DNA from: a candidate division FCPU426 bacterium
Lineage (GTDB): Bacteria > Oederibacteriota > JAAXVQ01 > JAUVAV01
NCBI GenBank assembly: GCA_040756875.1
Contig: JBFLYH010000001.1
Location: forward strand, 896,001-960,000
Direction: 5' to 3'
Length of the DNA stretch: 64,000 nucleotides
The translations under genes and the position numbers were made by a program. How positions within the stretch are numbered: position 1 is the first letter of the stretch; each line of letters begins with the position of its first letter. Positions 1 to 9,367 of the stretch are shown piece by piece. Below the pieces are notes generated by a model. It was not told where the DNA came from. It did not search any database and saw nothing but the letters and a program-made list of their open reading frames with translations.

Positions 1-504
1 CGCGTTTTGCAGCAGCTTGAGGATGATGTTCTCGACGTCCTCGCCCACATATCCCGCTTCCGTCAGTGTCGTGGCGTCCACGATGGCGAAAGGCACCTGC
101 AGAATCCGCGCCAGGGTCTGGGCCAGCAGCGTCTTGCCCGTCCCCGTGGGACCGATCATCAGAATGTTGCTCTTGCCTAATTCGACCCCGTCGGCAGCCT
201 CCAGGTTTTCCGAGCGGATGCGCTTGTAGTGATTATGGACCGCCACGGCCAGGATCCGCTTGGCGCGTTCCTGCCCGATGACATACTGGTCCAGGGCCCG
301 CTTGATGTCCTTGGGTTTGGGCAACGCAGGAGTTCCGGCGGCCGGTGTAGAGGCGTGCTGCCGGGACAGGATGTCGTTGCAGTAGGCCACGCACTCGTCG
401 CAGATATAGACGCCGGGCCCTTTGATCAGGCGGCGCACGTTGGCCGCGGGCTTTTCGCAAAAAGAACAGTTGACGCCGCTCTTGGGAGCGTGGGTTTTCG
501 CCAT
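1..504 (-). CDS. clpX: ATP-dependent Clp protease ATP-binding subunit ClpX (runs off the window edge)
   Basis: Manual translation from ATG at 504: zinc finger CSFC...[31 protein letters not shown] (Walker A), [18 protein letters not shown]; directly follows clpP. Confidence 0.97.
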   Translation of the reverse strand, partial: MAKTHAPKSGVNCSFCEKPAANVRRLIKGPGVYICDECVAYCNDILSRQHASTPAAGTPALPKPKDIKRALDQYVIGQERAKRILAVAVHNHYKRIRSENLEAADGVELGKSNILMIGPTGTGKTLLAQTLARILQVPFAIVDATTLTEAGYVGEDVENIILKLLQNA

Positions 505-511
505 GGCCGGA

Positions 512-1096
512 CTACTTCTTTTCCAGGGTCATGACCTGGTCGATCACGCCGTAAGCCAGGGCCTCGGGCGCCGAGAGAAAAAAATCGCGGTCTGTGTCCG
601 AAACGATTTTTTCCACCGACTGGTGGGTATGGCGCGCCAGAATCTCGTTCATCATAGTGCGCACCCGCATGATCTCCTTGGCCTGGATATCGATATCCGG
701 CATGGAACCGGAAAACCCGGCTGATCCCTGGTGCATCATGATGCGGGCGTTGGGCAGCGCGTACCGCTTGCCGGGCGCGCCCGCGGCCAGAAGCACCGCG
801 GCCATGGAGGCTGCCTGGCCCACGCACAAGGTGGACACCGGCGACTTGATGTACTGCATGGTGTCGTAAATGGCCAGGCCCGAGGACACGATGCCGCCCG
901 GGCTGTTGATGTACATGGAGATCTCTTTCTGTTCCTCGGATTCGAGGAACAGGAGTTGTGCGATGATCAGGTTGCTGATTTCGTCATTGATGGGCGTGCC
1001 CAGGAAGATGATGCGCTCCTTGAGCAACCGGGAATAGATATCATAAGACCTTTCCCCGCGCTGGGTTTGTTCGACGACGATCGGAATCAGTGCCAT
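512..1096 (-). CDS. clpP: ATP-dependent Clp protease proteolytic subunit
   Basis: [31 protein letters not shown] (catalytic Ser), MMHQ. Confidence 0.98.
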   Translation of the reverse strand: MALIPIVVEQTQRGERSYDIYSRLLKERIIFLGTPINDEISNLIIAQLLFLESEEQKEISMYINSPGGIVSSGLAIYDTMQYIKSPVSTLCVGQAASMAAVLLAAGAPGKRYALPNARIMMHQGSAGFSGSMPDIDIQAKEIMRVRTMMNEILARHTHQSVEKIVSDTDRDFFLSAPEALAYGVIDQVMTLEKK

Positions 1097-1107
1097 GGGA
1101 CTGCCTC

Positions 1108-2385
1108 CTATTGCACTTCGTTGATTTTGGCGTTGGCGATGATGACATCCAGCGTCTTTTCGTCCCGCAGACGGTCCCGCAGGTCTTCCCAGCCCTGGTT
1201 GCGGGTCAGATAGGCGCGAATCACGTCCGCGGATTGGCGGGCACCCCGGGCCAGCCGCTCCACTTCAAGGTTGATCTCCTCCTGGGACACGGCGAGATTC
1301 TCGAGCAGCGCGATCTCGCGCAGCGCCAGGCGCGCCCGCAGTTCGAAGTCCACTGACTCGCGGTGTTTGCTCTTGAACGGCTCCTCCGGCTCCTCGGCCC
1401 GTCCGAATTGAGCCGCCCGCTGCCGGTGCTCCTGATACAGGCTCTTCAGGGAACGATCGACCAATACCTGGGGCACCTTGACCTGGGTGGTCTTGCCCAA
1501 TTCCTTCATAATGCCGTCCTGCAGCAAGAGCCGGTTCTGGCGTTCCTTTTCGGCGGTCAGGTCGGCCCGAATCCGCGTTTTCAACTCATCCAGATTCTGG
1601 AACTGGCCCATTTGCTGGGCCAAGGCATCGTCCAGTTCAGGCAGCTTTTTCTGCTGCAATCCCTTGAGGGTCAGGGTGAACTCCAGGGTTTTTCCGGCCA
1701 CGTCCGGCGCATGATAATCCGCGGGAAACGCGACCGGAAACTGTTTGGTTTCCTCGGGACGCATACCCAGGATGGCTTGTTCGAAATCCGGAAGGGTTTG
1801 ACCGCTGCCGAGTTCCACCATCTGGTTGGAGGCCTGGGCTCCGCTGATTACCTGGCCGTCCAAACGGCCGGTATACTCGACCGTGGCCAGGTCCTGGGCT
1901 TGCGCCGGCCGGTCAGCGACGGGTTCCAAAAGCGCTTGCTGCTGACGCAGCTTCTCCAGCACTTCGGCGACGTCCTGGTCCGTAACCTGGATTTTCTTTT
2001 TTTGCAATTTCAAGCCGCGATAGGCGCTGACTTTAACCGCCGGCAGGACATCCACCACCACTTGATACGCCAGGGGTTGCCCCTCGTCCAGCGTCATCTT
2101 CTCCAGGCGCGGCCGGTCGATCGGAACGGACCGGGTCTGCTCCAACGCTTCGGGATAAGAACGGGCAAACAGGTTCTCGAAAACCTCGTCGCGGATTTCC
2201 TGGACGTATTTCTTGCTGATTACGTCCTTCGGGACCTTCCCCTTGCGGAAACCCGGCAGCGACACTTGCTGCTGCAGTTTCTCCACCGCTTGCGTAAAAG
2301 CCTCGGCCACGTCCTCGGAAGGCACGGTCACGTCGAAGACGCGGGTGTTGTCCCCTTTCTGGGTCATTTCAACGGAAATCGGCAT
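1108..2385 (-). CDS. tig: Trigger factor
   Basis: Ribosome-binding motif [13 protein letters not shown]-like middle domain ([13 protein letters not shown]), canonical tig-clpP-clpX order. Confidence 0.96.
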   Translation of the reverse strand: MPISVEMTQKGDNTRVFDVTVPSEDVAEAFTQAVEKLQQQVSLPGFRKGKVPKDVISKKYVQEIRDEVFENLFARSYPEALEQTRSVPIDRPRLEKMTLDEGQPLAYQVVVDVLPAVKVSAYRGLKLQKKKIQVTDQDVAEVLEKLRQQQALLEPVADRPAQAQDLATVEYTGRLDGQVISGAQASNQMVELGSGQTLPDFEQAILGMRPEETKQFPVAFPADYHAPDVAGKTLEFTLTLKGLQQKKLPELDDALAQQMGQFQNLDELKTRIRADLTAEKERQNRLLLQDGIMKELGKTTQVKVPQVLVDRSLKSLYQEHRQRAAQFGRAEEPEEPFKSKHRESVDFELRARLALREIALLENLAVSQEEINLEVERLARGARQSADVIRAYLTRNQGWEDLRDRLRDEKTLDVIIANAKINEVQ

Positions 2386-2390
2386 ATCCT

Positions 2391-2474
2391 TGGTGCGAGG
2401 GGCGGGAGTTGAACCCGCATGCCAAAGGCACTAGATCCTAAGTCTAGCGTGTCTGCCAGTTCCACCACCCTCGC
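2391..2474 (-). tRNA. tRNA-Leu(TAG)
   Basis: GCGAGGG acceptor stem, CTAGA-CT TAG GA-TCTAG anticodon arm, long variable arm, GTTCAACTC T-loop, encoded CCA. Confidence 0.95.
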
Positions 2475-2557
2475 GTGACTCCTCCCTTCCAATGACTGAA
2501 ATATTTTTTGCTTCACGGCATGAAATGCGGCAACACATGGAACGCAAGCATCGGATT

Positions 2558-2809
2558 CTGCAACGCCACATTTCGGCGTTGATAATCATAATCATGAGCA
2601 GTTGAGCAGTAGACCGCAGGCGATCTTTCTGCCGTTCAACTGTTCACCTGATCGCCTGCTCTGTTTTTTTCCTGCAACGCCGCATTTCGGCGTTGATAAT
2701 CATAATCATGAGCAGTCGAGCAGTAGACCGCAGGCGATCTTTCTACTGCTCAACTGTTCACCTGATCGCCTGCTCTGTTTTTTTCCTGCAACGCCGCATT
2801 TCGGCGTTG
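2558..2809. repeat. 114-bp tandem repeat, about 2.2 copies, with internal palindromes
   Basis: CTGCAACGCC(A/G)CATTTCGGCGTTG recurs at 2558, 2672 and 2786; the intervening 90-bp segments are nearly identical. Confidence 0.92.
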
Positions 2810-2820
2810 CAGGAAAAAAA
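2778..2820. terminator. Bidirectional intrinsic terminator-like hairpin immediately 3' of tRNA-Lys
   Basis: TTTTTTTCCTGCAACGCCG-cattt-CGGCGTTGCAGGAAAAAAA, a perfect stem with T7/A7 flanks. Confidence 0.75.
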
Positions 2821-2821
2821 C

Positions 2822-2897
2822 TGGTGGGTGCTACAGGAATCGAACCTGTGGCCCGCTGATTAAGAGTCAGCTGCTCTACCAGCTGAGCTAAGCACCC
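2822..2897 (-). tRNA. tRNA-Lys(CTT)
   Basis: GGGTGCT acceptor, GCTGA-CT CTT AA-TCAGC anticodon arm, GTTCGATTC, CCA end. Confidence 0.96.
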
Positions 2898-2947
2898 AAG
2901 ATGTTAGCGACCTTTCAATACAACCGCGGGCCGGAAACAGAACAAAG

Positions 2948-3031
2948 GAGCAACTTGAGCAAGTTGACCGCAATCGAGCCGCAGCCTTCCATTTACTCAT
3001 TACTCAAATTGTTCCATTTGCTCAATTGCTC
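2948..3031. repeat. Inverted array of degenerate GAGCAA/TTGCTC 8-9-mers in a tRNA spacer
   Basis: GGAGCAACTTGAGCAAGTTG ... TTGTTCCATTTGCTCAATTGCTCC. Confidence 0.7.
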
Positions 3032-3054
3032 CGTTTCCCGCGGCGCGGGAAACC

Positions 3055-3130
3055 TGGCGCGCCTGAGACGAATCGAACGTCCGACCAACGGCTTCGGAGG
3101 CCGTTGCTCTATCCACTGAGCTACAGGCGC
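3055..3130 (-). tRNA. tRNA-Arg(CCG)
   Basis: GCGCCTG acceptor, ACGGC-CT CCG AA-GCCGT anticodon arm, GTTCGATTC, CCA. Confidence 0.96.
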
Positions 3131-3150
3131 ATAAATTCCAAGATGAAAAT

Positions 3151-3220
3151 GGAGCAACTTGAGCAATTTGAGCAACTCGAACACTCCACTTGCTCAACTT
3201 GCTCTATTGCTCAATTGCTC
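3151..3220. repeat. Inverted array of GAGCAA(N3) 9-mers in a tRNA spacer
   Basis: GAGCAACTT GAGCAATTT GAGCAACTC followed by TTGCTCAAC TTGCTCTA TTGCTCAA TTGCTC. Confidence 0.8.
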
Positions 3221-3242
3221 AGCCCCTCGCGCAGCGAGGGGC

Positions 3243-3320
3243 TGGGGTGGACGACGGGATTCGAACCCGCGGCCTCCAGGACCACAACCTGGCGCTCAAA
3301 CCAGCTGAGCTACGTCCACC
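3243..3320 (-). tRNA. tRNA-His(GTG), with encoded G-1
   Basis: G-GTGGACG acceptor, CCAGG-TT GTG GT-CCTGG anticodon arm, GTTCGAATC, ...CCCCA end. Confidence 0.96.
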
Positions 3321-3362
3321 ACCCAATGCTCCGGGAGGCAAACTTTCCGAAGCAGAATGAAC

Positions 3363-3390
3363 ATTTTACGTAATTGCCTTGACTTGTCAA
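3363..3390 (-). promoter_or_regulatory. Sigma70-type promoter of the tRNA operon
   Basis: TTGACA-N16-TAAAAT on the minus strand, about 40 nt upstream of tRNA-His. Confidence 0.65.
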
Positions 3391-3529
3391 TGCTTTTCGG
3401 CCAGCGCAAAATCTAACAGAGTGCTGAAAAACAGAAATATCTTCCGCTGGCGCCCTATTATCCCTTAAAAAGCTCCTGATTTTCCAAGGAATATTCAACG
3501 CAGCGCGGGCAACGATAGCCATCAGCCTG

Positions 3530-5050
3530 CTAACGGCCGCCCAGTTCCTCCTTGACCCGGACTATCTTCAGGTTTTTTTTATCCGGATCGGACAAAAGGC
3601 CCAGATAGGAAATGGTATTCCCGGAGGTGAAAACCACGTTGCCGTCCACGATGCTGTTGAACGCCTCACCGGGATGACCGTTGACCATGACATAGCGGTT
3701 CAATCCGCGCGTAGCCACGTAAACCACGTATTTGCCGCCCGGGCATTCCACCACCGGCCAGACATCGTGGTAATATGGGTGGGATTTTCCGTTTACAACC
3801 ACGAATAAATTGAACCCGCGGTTGGCCCGATAGGTCAGGGTTTGGTTGTCCGCGCCGTACGTCATGGATTTCACCAGGTCATATTTGCCATAAGAACGGC
3901 CGTCGGCCACCACCGTCACTTTCTTATCCTTTTCTGCGCTGTAGGCAAAGTGTTTGCCATCGCCGCTGAAGACCATTTCCCCGACGGCATCGAAGGCCCC
4001 CCCTTCCTTGCCGTCCAGTACCACGCTTTGATATTTCACACCCTTGACTTTTTCGCTCTCGCGCACGATCACATAAGCCACGCGCGCGCCATCCACGCTC
4101 AGCCGCAGGGACGTGGGTTCGATCTGCGGGAAAGCCGGGCCGGCTTCGTTGTCGCGGACAACGTGCCATTGTTTTTGATCCTGGACCGCATAAGCCAGAT
4201 GCTGGCCATCCTGGCTGAAGACCAGCGAATCCTTTGCCACGATGTCGTGAGGGGCCTGGGGTTGGTTGTCCAGAACAACCATTTCCTGCGCCTCCACCAC
4301 CACAGCATAGGCCAGATGTTCGCCGTCAGGACTCAGGACCGGGTCTCCGGTCAAGGCGTAACTTTTCAACTTTTGCCCGTCGTAAACGATGAAGGACTTG
4401 CCGCCGCTTTCGGCCCGGTAGGCCACGTGGCGGCCGTCCGGGGAAAACACCGGCTCCCCGGCGTCCGTGTACACCGGGCTTTTCCTGCCATCCACCACGA
4501 CCGCCATTTTCTCGTCGCCGATGTGGCCCCGGTAGGCCATCCGCCTGCCGTCCTGGCTAAAAACCGGGGGGTCCACCTTTTCATACCGTTCCTGTTCACG
4601 GCCATTAACCACCAGGATTTCTTTGCCGCCCGCCTCGCCGATATAGATGGCTTTCTGGCTGTCCGGGCTGAACTTCAAGGCCGCGACGCTTTGATAGGCG
4701 TTTCCGGGCTTGCCGTCCACGACTACTTTCCAGCGTTCGCCCTGAAGGGCGCCGTACATAAAACGTTTGCCGTCTGGGCTGAAGGTCAGCCAGCCGACCT
4801 CGTCGTACGGCTGGCTTTCATGTTTGCCGACGGTGATGCGCTGTTTGTCTTCCTCGGCGCGGATATAGGCCAAGGTTTGGTTGTCCGGCGAAGTGCGCAC
4901 GGAATCATATACCACATCCATTAACTCGGCTACCGGCTCCTGGGTCACTTTGCGTTCAACTTTGGGACCGGGCTGCCCGCCCCCGCAACCCGCGAGCACC
5001 AGCATTCCCACCATTGCGATTCGCACGCTTATGTCGTTTGTCATCGTCAT
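3530..5050 (-). CDS. Lipoprotein with TolB/PD40-like beta-propeller repeats
   Basis: Lipobox LAGC; about ten repeats of FSPDGx(H/R)xAY...VVVDG. Confidence 0.8.
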   Translation of the reverse strand: MTMTNDISVRIAMVGMLVLAGCGGGQPGPKVERKVTQEPVAELMDVVYDSVRTSPDNQTLAYIRAEEDKQRITVGKHESQPYDEVGWLTFSPDGKRFMYGALQGERWKVVVDGKPGNAYQSVAALKFSPDSQKAIYIGEAGGKEILVVNGREQERYEKVDPPVFSQDGRRMAYRGHIGDEKMAVVVDGRKSPVYTDAGEPVFSPDGRHVAYRAESGGKSFIVYDGQKLKSYALTGDPVLSPDGEHLAYAVVVEAQEMVVLDNQPQAPHDIVAKDSLVFSQDGQHLAYAVQDQKQWHVVRDNEAGPAFPQIEPTSLRLSVDGARVAYVIVRESEKVKGVKYQSVVLDGKEGGAFDAVGEMVFSGDGKHFAYSAEKDKKVTVVADGRSYGKYDLVKSMTYGADNQTLTYRANRGFNLFVVVNGKSHPYYHDVWPVVECPGGKYVVYVATRGLNRYVMVNGHPGEAFNSIVDGNVVFTSGNTISYLGLLSDPDKKNLKIVRVKEELGGR

Positions 5051-5133
5051 GCCTTGGCCCTCCCCCGTTATGGATGTGCTTGGACTATCCTAATATAGAA
5101 GCCCGCAACTTTCCAGTTTCATCATCGCCATTC

Positions 5134-5949
5134 CTACCCTCTTTTCCTCCGGCGTTTCCCGCGCAATGCCCGCATGGCAAACAGCGCTTTACGCAACTTG
5201 GCGTAATGGGAACCCTTCCAATAAATACGGCCACAGGATCGGCAGTTATAAAAGCAACGATAAGTTCTCGCGGTCATGGGTGGTAGCCGGTTTGCCACTG
5301 CCTGCTTGTTCACCTTCACCAGCCGGCCGTTGCAAACCAGGCAGCGTGAAAATGGCCGCCCGACGCAGGCCCGCGGGTACCGCCGCAAGACCTCGCGCCA
5401 CTGCCGTTCCGTATCCGTGGCACGAACCCAATGACCGTGGCGGAGCGCTTTGTGCTTCAACAGATTGAGGTCCCGGGTCAGGACCGCCCGCCGCTCCCGG
5501 AGGGCAACGGCCACGATTTCCTCATCCGAAAAATCGTTGCGGTACGCTGTATCCAAGCCCCACAGGCGCAGACGGCGGGCCAGCTTGCCCAAATGCACGT
5601 CTGCGACGAATTTAAGGGGCCGCGGCCCGTCCGCAGGCGCTAGCGGTTTCAGGCCGCGCCTGGTCAAACGTGTGAAATGGGGATAAACCGATACTCGTTC
5701 GCCCGGAAAAACCTGATAGGCAAAACCCACGGATCGCCCGGAAACCAGGATATGGGCCACTTCCACGTGCGGCACACCCAGTGCCTCCAAAGTATCCTTG
5801 ACCGCAGGGCGGCCTTTCACTGGATGCCAAAAACAACGATGCCGTCGGGCCGAAGGCAGAAAATCGTTCAGATGGCCGTAGAATCTATAAGAAGCTGTCG
5901 TTTGCAGGATGGGGGGAGGCGGTGGTTGGCTTGGAGTCTTCGGGATCAA
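5134..5949 (-). CDS. Mut7-C RNase domain protein with N-terminal ubiquitin-like domain
   Basis: VKDTLEALGVPHVEV, FVADVHLGKLARRLRLWGLD, LTRD, RCLVCN...CRSCGRIYWKGSHY. Confidence 0.9.
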   Translation of the reverse strand: MIPKTPSQPPPPPILQTTASYRFYGHLNDFLPSARRHRCFWHPVKGRPAVKDTLEALGVPHVEVAHILVSGRSVGFAYQVFPGERVSVYPHFTRLTRRGLKPLAPADGPRPLKFVADVHLGKLARRLRLWGLDTAYRNDFSDEEIVAVALRERRAVLTRDLNLLKHKALRHGHWVRATDTERQWREVLRRYPRACVGRPFSRCLVCNGRLVKVNKQAVANRLPPMTARTYRCFYNCRSCGRIYWKGSHYAKLRKALFAMRALRGKRRRKRG

Positions 5950-5970
5950 AGCCGCCGCACCCTGAGGAGG

Positions 5971-6540
5971 CTACTCTTCCCAGCGGATTTCCCAGACGCA
6001 GGCCGGCGCGCCCTTGAGCACGCACTGAACGTGCGTGGTATGCGTGTTTTTCCCGCCTGATATACGGATGATCTCGTCAATCGAAGGGGTCAGGTTGTAT
6101 TCGTGGTTCGGCGGTGTATTGGAAAAACCCGTCAGTGTGGCCCGGGCATGGCAAGGCTCCGGCACCTCGGTCAGCATTTTTCCGGAATCGAACCATTGCT
6201 GCCAGGCGATGTTCGCCCTTTTAATGATGAACGCCGGCGTGACGAAGGAAACGAGGATTTTATACACGCCTTTGAAATTTTTATCCATGTTGTAGCGGGC
6301 GGCTTCTTCCACGATCTTCATGTCGCCCTTGCCGAGCACCTTGTCGGCCACGACGATCATGCGCATGTAGAAGCCGAAATCCACCCACGTCACAGGCAAA
6401 ATCGGTTTATCGAAGGTTTTTTGGTCTTCCGGACTCAAGGCTGACCGCAGCATTTGCATGCCGGGTTCGCCGAAGCGTTGTTTGAGGAACTCATAAACCG
6501 CCAAAGGGCCGGTTCCCTTGACATTGGCCATTTCCGTCAT
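5971..6540 (-). CDS. Hypothetical protein, DUF2378/V4R-like small-ligand-binding fold
   Basis: N-terminal VKG..L, LPVTWV, WQQWFDSG, C-terminal CVLKGAPACVWEIRW; paralogous to 52386-52931. Confidence 0.55.
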   Translation of the reverse strand: MTEMANVKGTGPLAVYEFLKQRFGEPGMQMLRSALSPEDQKTFDKPILPVTWVDFGFYMRMIVVADKVLGKGDMKIVEEAARYNMDKNFKGVYKILVSFVTPAFIIKRANIAWQQWFDSGKMLTEVPEPCHARATLTGFSNTPPNHEYNLTPSIDEIIRISGGKNTHTTHVQCVLKGAPACVWEIRWEE

Positions 6541-6608
6541 CCTCCCGATAAACTCGGGTTATTTTAGCACAAAGTCAGACTAGTGAAAGGCGAAAATCCG
6601 GTCCCAAT

Positions 6609-6647
6609 AATAAAAACGCCGCGCGGCCCAAATGACCGCGCGGCGTC
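6609..6647 (-). terminator. Intrinsic terminator downstream of hppA
   Basis: GACGCCGCGCGG-tcatttggg-CCGCGCGGCGTT followed by TTTATT on the minus strand. Confidence 0.75.
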
Positions 6648-6660
6648 GGGAAAGCCCGGA

Positions 6661-9105
6661 TTAACGCTTGATGCGCATGGCGTAGAAGGAACGCCAGACG
6701 AAGGTGGCTGAGATCAGGAAAAACAGGGCCGCCACCTCCAGGCTGATGCTCCTGGGCAAGGTGATGGCCAGCTCCACGGCCAGCAGCCCGAAAAGCGTGG
6801 TGAATTTAATGACCGGATTCATGGCCACGGACGACGTGTCCTTGAAGGGATCACCCACCGTGTCGCCCACCACCGTGGCGTCGTGCAGCGGCGTGCCCTT
6901 TTCCTTGAGCTCGGTTTCCACGATTTTCTTGGCGTTGTCCCAGGCGCCGCCCGCGTCAGCCATGAAGATGGCCTGGTACAGGCCGAAGACGGCGATGGAG
7001 ATGAGGTAGCCGATGAAGAAACTGGAGTCCAAACAGGCGAAGGCCAGCGTGGCGGTGAAGACCGCGATGAAGATGTTGAACATACCGCGCTGGGCGTACT
7101 GGGTGCAGATCTCGACCACGCGCTTGCTGTCCTCGATCGAGGCCTTGGTGGCGCCCTTGTCGAGCTTGATGTTGGACTTGATGAATTCCACGGCGCGGAA
7201 GGCACCGGTCGAAACCGCCTGGGTGGAGGCACCGGTGAACCAGTAGATCATAGCGCCGCCGGTGATCAGGCCGAGCAGGAAGAGCGGGTTCAGAACCGAG
7301 AACATGCCAGCCGCCTGATTGAGCTGGTCCTGCGTGATCATCTGGTGCCCGCCGGGATTGGCGAGGAGCACGATGATGGAAAAGATCAGGGTTGTAGCGC
7401 CAACCACGGCCGTGCCGATCAGCACGGGTTTGGCCGTAGCTTTGAAGGTATTGCCGGCGCCGTCGTTTTCCTCCAGGAACCCCTTGGCCTTGGCGAAATC
7501 CGGCTCAAAGCCGAAATCCTTCTGGATCTCCTGTTTGATTTTGGGCAGGGTTTCAATGGTCGAAAGTTCGTAAACTGACTGGGCGTTGTCCGTGACCGGT
7601 CCGTACGAATCCACGGCAATGGTCACCGGGCCCATGCCCAGGAACCCGAAGGCCACCAGGCCGAACGCGAAGACCGAAGGGGCTACCATGTGGTCTCCCA
7701 GCCCGGCCGTGCTCACCAGATAAGCCACGGCCATGAGTGCGATGATCGAGAGGCCCATCCAATATGCCGAAAAATTGCCGGCCACGAAGCCCGAAAGGAT
7801 GTTGAGCGAGGGGCCGCCTTCACGGGACGAGGTCACCACCTCCTGCACGTGCTGGGACTTGGTGGAGGTGAAGATCTTGACCAGCTCGGGGATGATGGCG
7901 CCGGCCAGGGTGCCGCAGGTGATGATGGTGGCCAGCTTCCACCAAATAGTGCCGTCGCCCACGTCGCGGATCAGGTAATACGAGGCCAGGTAGGTCATGG
8001 CGATGGAGATGGCCGAGGTGAGCCAGACCAGATTGGTGAGCGGGGTTTCGAAGTGCATTTTATCCGCCCGGCTGTAGCGGGCCTTGGCCAGGGCTTCGTT
8101 GATCCAGTAAGAGACGCCGCTGGTGACGATCATCAGGATACGCATGACGAAGATCCAGACCAGCAGCTGGATCTGGGTCGTGGAATTGGCCACGGCCAGC
8201 ACGATGAAGGTGATGAGCGCCACACCGGTCACGCCATAGGTTTCGAACCCGTCGGCCGTGGGGCCGACCGAGTCGCCGGCGTTGTCGCCCGTGCAGTCCG
8301 CGATCACGCCCGGGTTGCGCGCGTCGTCCTCCTTGATTTTGAAGACGATCTTCATCAGGTCCGAGCCGATATCCGCGATCTTGGTGAAGATGCCGCCGGC
8401 GATCCGGAGGGCTGCCGCGCCCAGCGATTCGCCGATGGCGAAACCGATGAAACAGAACCCGGCCAGGTGCCCGGGAATGTAGAGCAGGATGGCCAGCATG
8501 ATGATCAGTTCGATGCTGATCAGGAGCATGCCGATGCTGATGCCGGCCTTGAGCGGAATGGCGTAGGTCGGATAGGGTTTACCGCCCAGGCTGGCGAAGG
8601 CCGCGCGCGAGTTGGCGAAGGTGTTGACGCGGATGCCGAACAGGGCCACGAAAAAGCTGCCGGCGATGCCCACCAGGCTGAACAGCAGGATGATCAGCAT
8701 GTTGCCGAAGCCCACGGGTTTGAGCCAGCCGAAATAAACGGTGATGATCACGCCGATGAAGACCCACAGCAGCAGGATGAATTTAAGCTGGGTGAAGAGA
8801 TAGGTTTTGCAGGTGGCGTAGATCAGTTCGGAGATTTCGCGCATGGCTTTGTGCACCGGCATGTTCCGCAACTGCATATACATGCCCAGACCGAACAGCA
8901 TGCCCAGCAGGCAGATGAGAATGCCCCAGTTCAGCAGCGTGCTGCCCGACAGGCCCAGGAAAGCCACGCTGCCCAGGTCCGGCAGCTTCAAATCCGCTTC
9001 GCTGGCCCAGGCCGGAAGCGCGAGCGCCGAGGCAAGCGCAGCCACGGCCGCCACCTGTGCCCCTCGGATCAGGTTGTGTATCCACTTCGAAAACCCTTGC
9101 TTCAT
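6661..9105 (-). CDS. hppA: Membrane-bound ion-translocating pyrophosphatase, K+-independent divergent type
   Basis: GGIFTKIADIGSDL, EDDARNPGVIADCTGDNAGD, DSYGPVTDNA, GNTFKA, GGAWDNAKK, GDTVGDPFKDT; many TM helices. Confidence 0.95.
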   Translation of the reverse strand: MKQGFSKWIHNLIRGAQVAAVAALASALALPAWASEADLKLPDLGSVAFLGLSGSTLLNWGILICLLGMLFGLGMYMQLRNMPVHKAMREISELIYATCKTYLFTQLKFILLLWVFIGVIITVYFGWLKPVGFGNMLIILLFSLVGIAGSFFVALFGIRVNTFANSRAAFASLGGKPYPTYAIPLKAGISIGMLLISIELIIMLAILLYIPGHLAGFCFIGFAIGESLGAAALRIAGGIFTKIADIGSDLMKIVFKIKEDDARNPGVIADCTGDNAGDSVGPTADGFETYGVTGVALITFIVLAVANSTTQIQLLVWIFVMRILMIVTSGVSYWINEALAKARYSRADKMHFETPLTNLVWLTSAISIAMTYLASYYLIRDVGDGTIWWKLATIITCGTLAGAIIPELVKIFTSTKSQHVQEVVTSSREGGPSLNILSGFVAGNFSAYWMGLSIIALMAVAYLVSTAGLGDHMVAPSVFAFGLVAFGFLGMGPVTIAVDSYGPVTDNAQSVYELSTIETLPKIKQEIQKDFGFEPDFAKAKGFLEENDGAGNTFKATAKPVLIGTAVVGATTLIFSIIVLLANPGGHQMITQDQLNQAAGMFSVLNPLFLLGLITGGAMIYWFTGASTQAVSTGAFRAVEFIKSNIKLDKGATKASIEDSKRVVEICTQYAQRGMFNIFIAVFTATLAFACLDSSFFIGYLISIAVFGLYQAIFMADAGGAWDNAKKIVETELKEKGTPLHDATVVGDTVGDPFKDTSSVAMNPVIKFTTLFGLLAVELAITLPRSISLEVAALFFLISATFVWRSFYAMRIKR

Positions 9106-9291
9106 TCTAGCCTCCCTAAATTGGTTTGTGGAGCCCCGCGGGCCGAAAGGCCCGCGGTACTTACTTCCAATCCTGCGTTGAACTGTTTTTAGCAGGCGAC
9201 ATCCCCGACGCAGAGCACTTCATCATTTTTCACCGGGCAAGCCCCGGGTTTCCTGCGGAGGGGAAAGAATCGGACCCCAAATTGAGGCACT

Positions 9292-9319
9292 ATTATGAAC
9301 ACCCGGAGCGAGTTGTCAA
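9292..9319 (-). promoter_or_regulatory. Putative sigma70 promoter of hppA
   Basis: TTGACA-N16-CATAAT on the minus strand, about 185 nt upstream of the start codon. Confidence 0.45.
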
Positions 9320-9367
9320 ATTATTTTTCAGGCGGAACGGCGGGAAGATGCCGAAAGCGTTCCGGAT

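Noticed and set aside
2558-2809. CRISPR array (three 24-bp palindromic repeats at regular spacing)
   Set aside because: The spacers are 90 bp and nearly identical to each other, and no cas genes are present; this is a tandem duplication.
2602-3373. Short ORFs over the tRNA cluster
   Set aside because: They overlap tRNA genes and repeats, and their periodic peptides are by-products of the DNA repeats.
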